A stretch of DNA of 38,317 nucleotides. It comes from Octopus sinensis. Its lineage: Eukaryota. Of this stretch, positions 22,946 through 34,669 are shown one piece after another (position 1 is the stretch's first letter; each line of letters starts with the position of its first letter). The DNA lies in the NCBI RefSeq assembly GCF_006345805.1, contig NW_021835821.1, positions 1 through 38,317 of the forward strand, read 5' to 3'. A program made the position numbers and the translations under genes. Below the pieces are notes generated by a model. It saw only the letters and a program-made list of their open reading frames with translations. It ran no database searches and had not been told where the DNA came from.

Positions 22946-23731
22946 ATGGCGAGAAACTGGTCTGCGAGAGAGGTGCAATTGTTCGTCCGCGCTTGGAAGA
23001 TTGCTGAGGACGACTCGCCGAACAATATTATTGCTGCGGCGCTGAAAAGCAACAATTTTTCGAGAACCACTGCCCAGATAGAGCGAAAGAAGCGAGAATT
23101 TATCCGTTCGTACGCTCTAATCAGGCAACATGTAGACACCCTGGACATCATCCTGGGAGGTGACGGCACCAGGGAGGGCCAAAAGGATGAAGAAAGCATC
23201 CAGAACCAAACGGAGAAGCCTGGAACACAGGGAAACGTTGACACATGTCCAGCTTCCTACACCACAATTGAAGACCAAAGAGGTGCGATGGCCGCAAGAA
23301 AGGAAAGGCACCCTGAAATTGATGGGAAGCAGGAGGTAAAGGGCGCCAGAATCAAGGCTAAAGGAAGCCCTGTCCAGAGAAAGCAGAGGGACCCCAGCAA
23401 GAACTGTAAGGGCAGGGAAAGAAACACCTGCAAATTCTACCTGAGGGGGGACTGCTGGTACGGCGTCGAAGGTGCAAACTGTCGCTTTGCACATCGGAGG
23501 CCCTACCAAAACCGCACGGACGCGAGACAGATGTCCCTCCCTCAGGGAGAACAAAAACAAAAAGAAAAAGTTAAAAGAAGAGAAAAAAGCGCACTGACCA
23601 CTACTGAAAGACGGTATGCAGATGTGGTGCGCGGAAACCCAACAGGTGGCCAGCTTCACCCAGATGTGAGAAGGGCGGCAGCTGAACAGCAATCTTTTTG
23701 TGCATGGCACAAAAAATTGTTCAGCAGCTGA
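22946..23731 (+). CDS. LINE ORF1 (261 aa): N-terminal trihelix/Myb-SANT-like domain plus CCCH zinc finger
   Basis: WSAREVQLFVRAW...IAAALKSNNFSRTTAQIERKKREFIRSY fits the trihelix pattern; CKFYLRGDCWYGVEGANCRFAH is C-x7-C-x8-C-x3-H. Domain calls are by eye. Confidence 0.8.
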   Translation: MARNWSAREVQLFVRAWKIAEDDSPNNIIAAALKSNNFSRTTAQIERKKREFIRSYALIRQHVDTLDIILGGDGTREGQKDEESIQNQTEKPGTQGNVDTCPASYTTIEDQRGAMAARKERHPEIDGKQEVKGARIKAKGSPVQRKQRDPSKNCKGRERNTCKFYLRGDCWYGVEGANCRFAHRRPYQNRTDARQMSLPQGEQKQKEKVKRREKSALTTTERRYADVVRGNPTGGQLHPDVRRAAAEQQSFCAWHKKLFSS

Positions 23732-26700
23732 CCTGGCTACAAGCACAAAGCAGGAACTACCACCACATAAGGCCACCTCCAACAGATGCAGGGTGGCCAC
23801 CAGGGACACCAACACCAACACACACACCACAAAAATATTTCTACTGAATGTAGGAGGGCTGCTGCGCGGAAACTGTAAAAAGAAAATTTCATTCCTGAGA
23901 GACCTTGTGACATGCAATCAAGCTATATGCATGGCACTCACAGAAACGCATCTTGAACCCGATATAGGTGATGCAGAAATACACATGCCGCAATATGCAG
24001 TCATACGCACAGATAGAAAAGGGAGGAGCCATGGTGGAGTTGCAATGTACATCCGAGATGACCTCACGCCCCAGGTCCTGCTGTCATATTCAAACTCAGT
24101 ATGTGAAACTCAAATTGTACACATAAGACAACTGAATATCGTCATATGCACTACATATCGCCCACCAGATGCCCCAAAACACTCAGGTATGTTTGAAGAC
24201 TGCCTAACAAATATAGGAGAAGTCCTCACCAACCTTGAACAGCATAACAGTGTATTCTTCATGGGTGACTTTAACCTCCCCAATGTGGAATGGCCTGGGG
24301 GGCAGATGCTCCCAGGGATGACACACCATCAGCAGGCACAGGTGGAGTCCCTGCTCCATCTCACAAATGCCTCTTTCATGGAGCAAATAGTTCTGCAACC
24401 AACAAGGGCAGATAATATACTGGATCTCTGCTTCACAAGCAATATGGATATTATCCATAATGTTAATGTGATGCCGACAATGATCTCGGATCACAACATA
24501 ATAGAGCTGTCTATGTATGGAACAAAAGCCCCCGCAGACACACAGCCTATACGAAGCACCCACCATCTCTCCAACTTAAACTTTCATAAAGCCAACTGGA
24601 AGTTGATTGAGAAAGAGATCCTCAAACAGGATTGGCCTGAATGTCTCTCCACACCGGACGTAAACATGAAACACAAACACTTCATGTCCATAATACAAGC
24701 CATATGTGACAAATATGTCCCAGTGTGCAGGGCCAGCACACACAAGAACAAAAACAGGATCCCTAGAGAAAGGAGTATTCTTATGAGACGACGGACAAGG
24801 ATTGCAAACCGCCTGAGCAAGCACACCAAAAGTGGTGAGAAGTCATGGCTCGAAAGAATGCTAATGGAAACTGAGAAAAGTCTACATCAGTCCCATGAAA
24901 AGGAGAGAGCAGATAAAGAAGCTTGGGTAATAGAAAATATAAAATCAAACCCTAAAGCTTTCTTTAAGTTTGCCAAAGAGACAGCCACAGTGCACCAGAG
25001 AATAGGACCTCTCTTCCAAAAAGATGGCTCTCTCACAGGAAATCCCACGAGGATAAGTGAAATACTGAACGAACAGTTCCAAAGTGTGTTCACTACACCT
25101 CTAGGACACAGGCAAGTAAACAACCCAGAAGAATTCTTTGCCACTTTACCTACGGCCAAAGAGACAAACATTGAGTACATCAACATCGAAGATGATATCA
25201 CACTAGCCATTGATGAGATTGACACAAACTCAGCTGCTGGACCTGATGGATTCCCAGCGATCCTTCTCAAATCGTGCAAACGAGCCCTTGCAAAACCGCT
25301 ACAGCTTCTTTTTCAGAGCTTTCTTGCAAGTGGTAAGCTCCCAGTCAAATTGAAAGAGGGGGTAATATGCCCTATCCATAAGGGAGGTAGCAGAGCAGAT
25401 GCTAAAAATTATAGGCCTATCTCTCTGACCTCATACATCAGCAAAGTCATGGAACGAATAGTCCGTAAGAAACTAATCATGTTCCTTGAAGAAAATGACT
25501 TGCTGTCTGACACCCAGCATGGATTTCGACCAGGTAGAGGCTGCCTAACACAGCTCCTGCAACACTATGACTGGGTGTTGAAACAGCTACTAAATGGCTC
25601 AAATGTGGATGTAATATATCTCGACTTTGCAAAAGTCGACCATGGTATGATCTGTCACAAACTGCGTGGTCTCGGCATAGGCGGGAAACTTGGAGAGTGG
25701 CTGCACAACTTCCTAAAAGACAGAAAACAGGCAGTTGTGAGCAATGTAGCCACCTCCAAGGAAACGCAAATAACAAGCGGTGTCCCACAGGGCACTGTCT
25801 TGGGGCCACTGATGTTCATAGTGGCCCTTTCAGACATGCCTTCAGTTGCTACGATGACCACCCTTGCTAGCTATGCAGATGACACACAAGTCTCCCACGC
25901 AATACAAAACCCTGAAAATATTGCGCATCTGCAACATGAGCTGGACACAATATACAGGTGGGCTGAGGACAACAACATGCAGTTTAATGCAGGTAAGTTC
26001 CAGGCCCTGCGCTACTGGCACACAAAGGTAAATGACGTGAAGACTGGATACACTGGCCCAGGAAGAATTGCAATCCCTGAGTCAAAATCAGTGCGTGACC
26101 TGGGCATTGACATGAGCAATGATGCATCTTTCCAAATGCATATTGCTAATCTGGTGATAAAATGCAGACGGCTAGCTGGATGGATTCTCCGAACTTTCAG
26201 AACAAGAGAGAAGGAGACACTGATGGTCCTATGGAAAAAATTCGTCCTCAGCCGCTTGGACTACTGCTCCCAACTTTGGTCACCACACAATATAAAACAA
26301 ACAGCAGAACTCGAAGCAATTCAGAGAAGCTACACAAAGAAAATCGTCTCAATGCAAAATATCAGCTACTGGGAAAGACTGAAGGTATTAAACCTCTTCT
26401 CCCTAGAGCGGAGGCGGGAGAGATATGCAGTGATATACATCTGGAAAATCCTGGAGGGTCTTGTCCCAAACTTTGGCATTCAAAGTTACTCCAACCGCAG
26501 AACGGGGCGCCGCTGCGTGGTGCCAAGGATTCCAACATCACCATCAAAATACAGGTCCAGATACTGCAACAGCTTGGGTTTCAGAGGACCACAGCTCTTT
26601 AACATCCTCCCTAAATGCCTGAGAGACTTACATGGTGTGGATGTGGGTTTCTTTAAAACTAAACTGGATCTCTTCTTGTTGGGAGTCCCAGATGAACCTA

Positions 26701-26789
26701 CCTCACGACAGGAGACGCGGATGCGGGCAGCAGCATCGAACTCCCTTGTTGATCAAGTGCCACGTATCAGAGGTGGATTCACAAACTAG
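23700..26789 (+). CDS. LINE ORF2 (1029 aa): apurinic-like endonuclease plus reverse transcriptase
   Basis: EN motifs LLNV, LTETHL, YRPP, GDFNLP, DLCF, SDHN; RT motifs GPDG, NYRPISLTS, QHGFR, LDFAK, GVPQGTVLGP, YADD, RDLGI. Start codon is GTG. Confidence 0.95.
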   Translation: MHGTKNCSAADLATSTKQELPPHKATSNRCRVATRDTNTNTHTTKIFLLNVGGLLRGNCKKKISFLRDLVTCNQAICMALTETHLEPDIGDAEIHMPQYAVIRTDRKGRSHGGVAMYIRDDLTPQVLLSYSNSVCETQIVHIRQLNIVICTTYRPPDAPKHSGMFEDCLTNIGEVLTNLEQHNSVFFMGDFNLPNVEWPGGQMLPGMTHHQQAQVESLLHLTNASFMEQIVLQPTRADNILDLCFTSNMDIIHNVNVMPTMISDHNIIELSMYGTKAPADTQPIRSTHHLSNLNFHKANWKLIEKEILKQDWPECLSTPDVNMKHKHFMSIIQAICDKYVPVCRASTHKNKNRIPRERSILMRRRTRIANRLSKHTKSGEKSWLERMLMETEKSLHQSHEKERADKEAWVIENIKSNPKAFFKFAKETATVHQRIGPLFQKDGSLTGNPTRISEILNEQFQSVFTTPLGHRQVNNPEEFFATLPTAKETNIEYINIEDDITLAIDEIDTNSAAGPDGFPAILLKSCKRALAKPLQLLFQSFLASGKLPVKLKEGVICPIHKGGSRADAKNYRPISLTSYISKVMERIVRKKLIMFLEENDLLSDTQHGFRPGRGCLTQLLQHYDWVLKQLLNGSNVDVIYLDFAKVDHGMICHKLRGLGIGGKLGEWLHNFLKDRKQAVVSNVATSKETQITSGVPQGTVLGPLMFIVALSDMPSVATMTTLASYADDTQVSHAIQNPENIAHLQHELDTIYRWAEDNNMQFNAGKFQALRYWHTKVNDVKTGYTGPGRIAIPESKSVRDLGIDMSNDASFQMHIANLVIKCRRLAGWILRTFRTREKETLMVLWKKFVLSRLDYCSQLWSPHNIKQTAELEAIQRSYTKKIVSMQNISYWERLKVLNLFSLERRRERYAVIYIWKILEGLVPNFGIQSYSNRRTGRRCVVPRIPTSPSKYRSRYCNSLGFRGPQLFNILPKCLRDLHGVDVGFFKTKLDLFLLGVPDEPTSRQETRMRAAASNSLVDQVPRIRGGFTN

Positions 26790-27082
26790 TGTAGCTCATT
26801 CAGCGGTGGTGCCCCAGCATGGCCGCGGCCTTCGGGCTAAAACATTTTTAAGGATTTTTAAGGATATATATATATATATATATATATAATGTATATATAA
26901 TATATGTATATATGATATATGTATATATGTATATGTGTGTGTGTGTAAGTATATGTGTTATATACTTACTCAATTACACTTAGAGAATCCAGTAAAGGCG
27001 ATGTAGATAGCTACGACGATGAAAACGTACGTAAGGAACAAATGAAACAAACCGTATCGGGCAAGATTTTATCACGTCTCAT

Positions 27083-27116
<34 letters not shown>

Positions 27117-27893
27117 ACAAACACACACACACACACGTATGTATATACTCATATATATCTATATACTCATATATATGTATATAAAACCTTTAAACAAGAG
27201 CTGAATAGAAGCAATATTTTATGATCTTCCTGAAACAAAATCCACTTTTTCATCTGTTTTAAACAAACAACGTCTTGGTTTATTTACGTAGATCTAATTT
27301 CTTTTGTTGCGCAACGATTTCGTTTTTTCTTTTTTTTCTCTTTCCTCTCTCTCTCTCTCTTTGCTATCAGCGACATTTAAAATATAAATGGTTTCTCGAA
27401 TATTTTATGACAGCGGTCCATCGGAGACCAACTCCGCGATGGCTGAAGCGTTAAACGTCATCTACCGAGATATATTCTCCAGATCTAAAACAAATCGTGC
27501 GATGCCAATAACATAAATATAGATTTAAAGAGTTCAAAATAAAGGGAGAAAAAGTAAAAAAAAACAACTACAACAGCAACAACGACCACAAGAAAAATAA
27601 ATATAAAACAGAAAAAGCCGCTAACCACTAACTAACATCAAATAGGATCTATTATTAAGAAAATATTGTTACTCAGTAGGGCAAGTATGGAGAATCTAAT
27701 AGTTCTTTTAAGCTGTGAATATGACAGTTTTATATTGTGAGTTAATGATGCAAACAGCACGCGCTGACAGATGTTATAGCTTCTCTGGCACAATCTTTTT
27801 GCCTCTGACATCAAAGGTATTCCTGGTCGTTTCTCATTGTCTTAACTGTTAGTTGCTTTTATATACGAATACATACATACATACATACATACA

Positions 27894-27944
<51 letters not shown>

Positions 27945-27988
27945 GTATGTATATATGAATATATACATCCGTACATACATATATATCT

Positions 27989-28053
<65 letters not shown>

Positions 28054-29439
28054 CATACATATATATTTACATATGTATATACATAAACATATATATATAT
28101 ATATATACATATGTATATACATAAAACTTACATATATATACACATACACATACCTATATATGTATATATATATATATATGGATATGTATCTGTCTCTCTC
28201 TCTATATATATATGTGTGTGTGTATAGATATACATACATATATATATGTATATATATGTATGTATGTATGTATGTATATCTATACACACACACAAACGCA
28301 CTCATACATATATGTATCTTATATACATACATATATATATATATTTGTATGTATGTATGTATGTATGTATGTATGTATGTATGTATGTACGTATGAATGT
28401 ATGTATGTTGTGATCCTGATTGTTTTACTGCTGGCTTTAATCACGTTCAGGCTGCTGGTGACGATGCAGCAAATATTTGTATGATCGGTTTTTAGCTATT
28501 TGGACTTCTATTAATCAGTAATTCCTACCGTTGCGATTTCTGTCTTTACTTATTGAGTAAATGTTGCTCTAACCCGCAGCAGTAAATCTCTGCTGCTTCT
28601 GAAACTACTCAAAAGGGATCATTTACAGGGTCATTCAACTGACTGGAACTAGCAGACGACTTTCCAAACAGCATCCATTTGGGCTTGTACTTTTTTCTTG
28701 TTTCTCTTATTGGACTACGTAAAGCCGCGTGGCTTAGTGACTAGTGTATTTAGTTCACGATCGTATGGTCGTGGCGTGTTGTGTCTTTTATTTCACATAG
28801 TTCATGTCCATCCAGCTGGCAAAATATCGGCTGTAGCTGTAGTTGAATGGGCCAGCCTGCGTTTACGTTTCTATTATGAGCAAGCTGTTCTGTTGGTCGA
28901 AGCCACTGGAACACTCGTTGGGTCAGGCCATTTTCTATTTACTATCGGACTGGGTCATGCGGCGCAAAACATTAAAAGGTTTTTGGTCAAATAGATCGGG
29001 CCATTAATTATTTTCAGGTCTGGTACTTATGCTTTTCCCCCGTTTGGCTGAATTTCCGTGAACAGCAGGACAATATTTTCTGTCTCTGCATTCCTCAGTC
29101 ACTCATGATCACAGTTCTTCAATTCTCTTTATCTAAACCCATCTCCACACACATTTACAATCATATCACACACCTCCCATATTCCAAAATGCTCTCTCTC
29201 AAACATTCTCTTCAACATTATAACCATTATACCCTTGTGGCATATACATACATCTAAACACACTCCACTTACACGCATACACACGCACACACACGCACAC
29301 ATACACATCCACACACACACACGGTCACAAAATCTTCGTACTCACTCATGTATACACACGCGCTTGCATGTACACACATATACGCACACACGCACAAACA
29401 TTATTCTCACTTAAGTACACATGTGTGCACACACAAACA

Positions 29440-29700
29440 CTTTCGCGAGGTCACTGTTTTCTCCCTTGCCACCCCTGTCTCCAACCACATCCTGCCTTCC
29501 GGTCAATTCAACTTGTGCAACTGTTAATCCAGACACGTTTGTGCTTCCCCCCGTTACTTTCCCGTTTCTCCGACTGTGTATTCTCCTCATTCATTCCTGT
29601 AAAGGTGCATAGGCTCGAATCGTCAAGGACACTTCCATTTTTCCTAAGCGTCACTCTATTAATTCACCATGGCTGTTATTACCACACCCGTCTTGCTTTT
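29440..29700 (+). mobile_element. Penelope-like terminal fragment with degenerate hammerhead motif
   Basis: cctgtaaa...ggctc-gaatc-gtc...cttccattttcctaagcg, homologous to the 9640-9830 element. Confidence 0.45.
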
Positions 29701-29873
29701 GTGTTTTGTTTTTGCCCGATTTTGAAACGTGGGTAGTATAGGGGCGAAACCGATGGGAACTCCGTGACCAGCCATCACCAAAAGCCATCCTATTTATTAC
29801 GGTTCAAAAGGTTTTAGAAAGTGATTTCTGTTGAACTTATGTAGAAGTGACCGATTCTACATACATACATGCA

Positions 29874-29904
<31 letters not shown>

Positions 29905-29916
29905 GCACACACATCA

Positions 29917-29960
<44 letters not shown>

Positions 29961-29989
29961 GTGTGTGTGTGTGTGTGTATGTGTGTGTA

Positions 29990-30185
29990 CGTATGTGTGT
30001 GCCTTTGTGTCTGTGTTTCTCCCTCCCACCATCGCTTGACAACAGATGTTGCTGTATTTACGCAACAGTTCGGCAAAACAAAGCGATAGAATATGTGCTG
30101 GAATCAATGTGTTCGACTAAAACATTCTGAAGCGGTGCTCCAGCATGGCCGTAGTCAAATAACTGAAACAAGTAAAAGAAAGATA
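29990..30185 (+). mobile_element. 3' half of an S2 SINE
   Basis: catcgcttgacaac...ggtgctccagcatggccgtagtcaaataactgaaacaagtaaaag. Confidence 0.75.
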
Positions 30186-30234
30186 ACAGAGAGAGAGAGA
30201 GAGAGAAGCAGTATTAGTACCGAAAGATAAAATG

Positions 30235-30428
30235 CAGTAATACCTCGCCATATCGCGATTCACCTGTCGCGGTTCACTTATCGCGGTTTATTATTTAAGC
30301 TTACGTCGATTCCTCCATTGGTAAAAATAATACAGAGAAATATAGTACAGTACTGTTTCTACTTCGCAGTTTTCACCTATAGCGGGATGTTTTGGAACCA
30401 AATACCTGTGATAGTCGAGGGGTTACTC
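30235..30428. mobile_element. Degenerate pogo/Tigger-like MITE
   Basis: Imperfect TIRs cagtaatacctcgccatatcgc and gtgatagtcgaggggttactc, followed by TA. Confidence 0.55.
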
Positions 30429-30479
30429 TATTCAGCACCACTTAAGAGTGGATGTTAGTTTATACAAATACTGCTATTT

Positions 30480-30521
<42 letters not shown>

Positions 30522-30823
30522 TGCTTGTGTGTATGTGAGTATGTGTGCATGTATGTATGTCTGTACGTATCTGTATACAGAATAAGTAGGTCAAACAGAA
30601 GAAATATATGAATGTATATATAAATATATATATATGTATGTAGGTATATATATATATATATATTATATATATATATAATATCTATATATATATTATATAT
30701 ATATATATATATACACACATATATATGTATATATGTATATGTATATCCTGAGCGTCCAATAACACTATATTGTTCCACCTCTCGCGTTGTTGTCTTTTCT
30801 CTTTGTTCAAGTTTGGATTAATA

Positions 30824-30874
<51 letters not shown>

Positions 30875-31082
30875 TTATATATATATACGTCGGTGTGTGT
30901 TTGTGTATGTACAGAGGAAACAAAAGTAATGAAAGTGAGATAAAGAAAGAATGAGTAAATATACATACATACATACAGAGTGATAGACAGACAACCAGAC
31001 AGACAGATAGATAGATAGGGAGACAGATAAATAGAGATACATGTAGGTAGATAAATAGATAGATGAATATATATATATATAT

Positions 31083-31146
<64 letters not shown>

Positions 31147-31645
31147 TAGGTAGATAAACCAAACATGTCAAGATGACAATTTTTAAGTAACGTACCTGTT
31201 GACCCCCACCAACGGTTGCTCCATGCCGTTTTCATGTCGAGAGAATATGTTTCTGCTAATATGTTTCTTTCTTGTAACTTTCTAATCAATACCAGAAAGT
31301 TAATTTCCGTTGACAACTGCTTTATTTTAACACTGATGCGATATATCAGTTTTAAAACTAACAATGGCGGATCGAGAAATCTTATTTGTTGCACTGATAT
31401 AGTCTAATAATAGTTAATACTTACTAGCGCATGCATACAATATCGCGCATTATATAAATATATATATATATTATATATATATTATATATATATAATATAT
31501 ACATATTATAAATATATATGTATATATATGTACATATATATATATTTACACATATATATATATATATATGTATATATATGTACTATATATATATATATGT
31601 TGTGTGTGTGTATATATATATGTATATATATGTGTTATATATGTA

Positions 31646-31694
<49 letters not shown>

Positions 31695-31880
31695 GTATAT
31701 ACATATATGTAAACATATATATATAACACCACACACGCACTCATATGTATATATCTGACCTGGTATATGTCACGTGTTATTTTACATATTTTTCATCAAA
31801 GGCACAGCATGCCCCAATATACATACCTCATCCTGACTTACACACATGCACGTACGCCCTTCCTTCCTCTGATATATATA

Positions 31881-31950
<70 letters not shown>

Positions 31951-32089
31951 CATATGCACACATTTATGTTTACAATATTTCATTAACATAAATATGTTTG
32001 CGACACAATTAGATGACAACAATGGAATTTACGTGTATTTATATAAATACATACATATATATTCAAACATACACACATATGTAGTATAC

Positions 32090-32146
<57 letters not shown>

Positions 32147-32195
32147 CATATACAATACATATCATGCATTTGTATACATACATTCATACTATTTA

Positions 32196-32231
<36 letters not shown>

Positions 32232-33314
32232 CACACAAACATATATATATATATACATATAAATTATATATACAACATATGAACTTCCATAAATATACAT
32301 ATAACTATATTACTTATGTCTATCTATCAGCCCATCTATACATATATATGCATATATATATAATATATATACACATATGTATATATATACACTCACAAAT
32401 ACACACACATATACATATATATATATGTGTGTGTATATATGTACGTATGTATGTATGTGTATGTGTGTGTGTATATGTATGTAGGTGAAGAGTGCATCGC
32501 CGGCACACTATTATTATAAGTGCTATTATCGTGACCTTGAGCATACGTTAGAAATTATTTTTATTACATTTAGCAGCAGCGACCTTAGCAGTGGTAGATA
32601 TGATGTTGTCGGTAGTATTAATAGTAGTGGTGATGGCGTGTTCGTCCTCGCTCGCCGTCTTTTGTCCTCGTAGTAGTTGTAGGAGCCAACAGTTTTTATC
32701 TTCGTCTTCACGCACCTGACATAATTCAACATACACACCTAGGTTAGCGACCGCCCCTTCCGACATGACTTTTTACAAAATTTTACACACTCTTGTCAGA
32801 AATCTTGTTCACATATTTTCACCTGGTATTCTTTACATCACAGGTAATATGGCAACAGTGCAGATGTGCGATTGTCGCAACGGCACCAGCAGCAGCAGCA
32901 GCAGCAGCAACAACACCTGTAGTAATTGAAGAAATAACTCTATTACCTCACAATTCGAAACTTGCCTGTTCTTACTTATTATTGATGTTACAGTTCGAAC
33001 TATTGTGAAAGAATGATTAGATGAAGCGAGTGAATGGGGACGTTGAGCTGGAATGAATTCCTGATGCTGTAGCAATTGCATTAGGGTAAAAACAGTCTTT
33101 GACTATTAATGTAGCATATGTGTTGTAATTATGGTAAAATGCGTTGTCACTATAGCGTAGTGTGTGTTGATGTATAATGTAACGTGTTGTCAATATAGAC
33201 GAGTTCGTTGTTCGTAAAGCGTAGTGTTTTGCCACCATAATATAGAGCATTATGTGTATAATGTGATGTGATGAATATATTGTGCCCTGTGGCATAAGCG
33301 TGTATAGTGTACTG

Positions 33315-33713
33315 GGATCTAGCGGTGTCATATGAAATCGTCACCCATAATTATGACACTAGTATCGATCTATTGCATTTCAATCTGTTTTAGGGTTAGC
33401 GTTAGTTAGGGTTAGGGGTGGGAGGAAGGGTATCTTATTTCTTCAGAAATGTAAATAAACCCAATCTATTTCTTAAACGAGGGACATATTCATACGGTAC
33501 AGAATGATTTCACCTCAATAGACGTCATTGATTGGTTGAAATTGCAGAAATTGAAGAAAAAAGCAACAATTATCTTACAAACTATAGAATCTTCTCAATA
33601 AAACCAAGAGAGAAAGATGTTTTATAAACACATTCTACCAGTATACGAAGTTAAAAGTGTTTAGTTACGTGGAAATTATTTTTTAAAAACTGCCGTTCAA
33701 ACCGAAAAGATCC
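33315..33713. mobile_element. Second, inverted copy of the 18299-18779 MITE with one TIR mostly deleted
   Basis: Colinear with the reverse complement of copy 1; intact TIR ends at 33713; flanks gtgtactg/gtgtacag (7/8). Confidence 0.85.
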
Positions 33714-33859
33714 GTGTACAGTGTTGTGTGGCGTGATATGTTAAGAGTAAATTGGGCGTAATGTTACTTCACTGTGATGTGCTGCAAGTGTTGTATAAAG
33801 TATTTGATTTATAGCATAAAAGAATGCAATTATATTTTAGCATAAAGTATACATAGATT

Positions 33860-34164
33860 GTGGAGGCACATGGCTTGGTGGTTAGAGCTGCGGACACGCG
33901 GTCGAGTGATCGCGGATTCGAATCTCAGACCGAGCGATGTGTGTGTTTATGAGCGAAACACCTAAACTCCATGCGGCTCCGGCAGAAGGTAATGGCGAAC
34001 TTCTGCCGACTCTTTCGCCACAACTTTCTCTCACTCTTTCCTCCTGCATCTTGCTGCTCACCTGCGACGGACCGGCGTCCGTCCAGGTGGGGAACCAATA
34101 CGCAAAGGAAACCGGGAAACCGGCCCTTATGAGCCAGGCATAGCTCGAGAAGGAACAAACAACA
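33860..34164 (+). mobile_element. tRNA-derived SINE (family S3, tail type 2) with 11-bp TSD
   Basis: A/B boxes; atacatagatt duplicated at 33849-33859 and 34165-34175; caa-repeat tail. Confidence 0.85.
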
Positions 34165-34334
34165 ATACATAGATTAGTGTACAACACCTAATATGTAATG
34201 GCTTACTGTTAGAGTTTAGTGTAGGTTGAAAACAGTGAAGGAAACAGTGGGTAACAACTGTTATTTCCTATTTACTTACCTCTAGAGAGTATGAAAAATG
34301 GCTTATATTTTCTTCAAACTTTGCATCTGTTATA

Positions 34335-34470
34335 TTTGTTCAAACCTGAAAGAAACCCTCTCACAACATCGCTATGATGCTCCCCATTACACTACACCTG
34401 CTCATGATCAGAGACACACATATTGTTAGCCACTAAGCAACATGCTCAAGTAGTTAAGATCAAGCAACTC
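34335..34470. repeat. Fragment of the 4007-4555 repeat family (opposite orientation)
   Basis: gctatgatgctcccc...tgatcagaga...agccacta...catgctca matches the reverse complement of about 4150-4275. Confidence 0.65.
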
Positions 34471-34669
34471 TGTCGTACTGAGCTGAATGTATGTTATAAC
34501 GATATTTCTGCTTCAGCAACTCAGCGCTGAATCTGTCTGAAATGTAATGGAAAATAGGTCAGTTTTAAAACATTGATGTCCAGGTCACAAAAGCAAAGTT
34601 TGAAGGGAATAGTAGTCATTTCCCTTTATGCCTTGATAGAAGCAATTAGGAATTGATACTGACCGAAGA

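Larger units (their letters stand above)
22946..26870 (+). mobile_element. Near full-length non-LTR retrotransposon (APE-RT LINE, CR1/L2/Jockey supergroup; clade not resolved)
   Basis: ORF1 and ORF2 overlap; short 3' UTR ends in a hairpin and an (atttttaagg)x2 tail; no RNase H or C-terminal CCHC seen; no clear TSD (flanked by microsatellites). Confidence 0.95.

Noticed and set aside
23117-23917. 266-aa antisense ORF in the LINE
   Set aside because: No recognisable motifs; best explained as a shadow of GC-richer coding sequence. The same applies to the other small ORFs within ORF2.
32976-33066. Possible minus-strand exon HQEFIPAQRPHSLASS...
   Set aside because: Only splice-like dinucleotides, with no homology or paralogue support.
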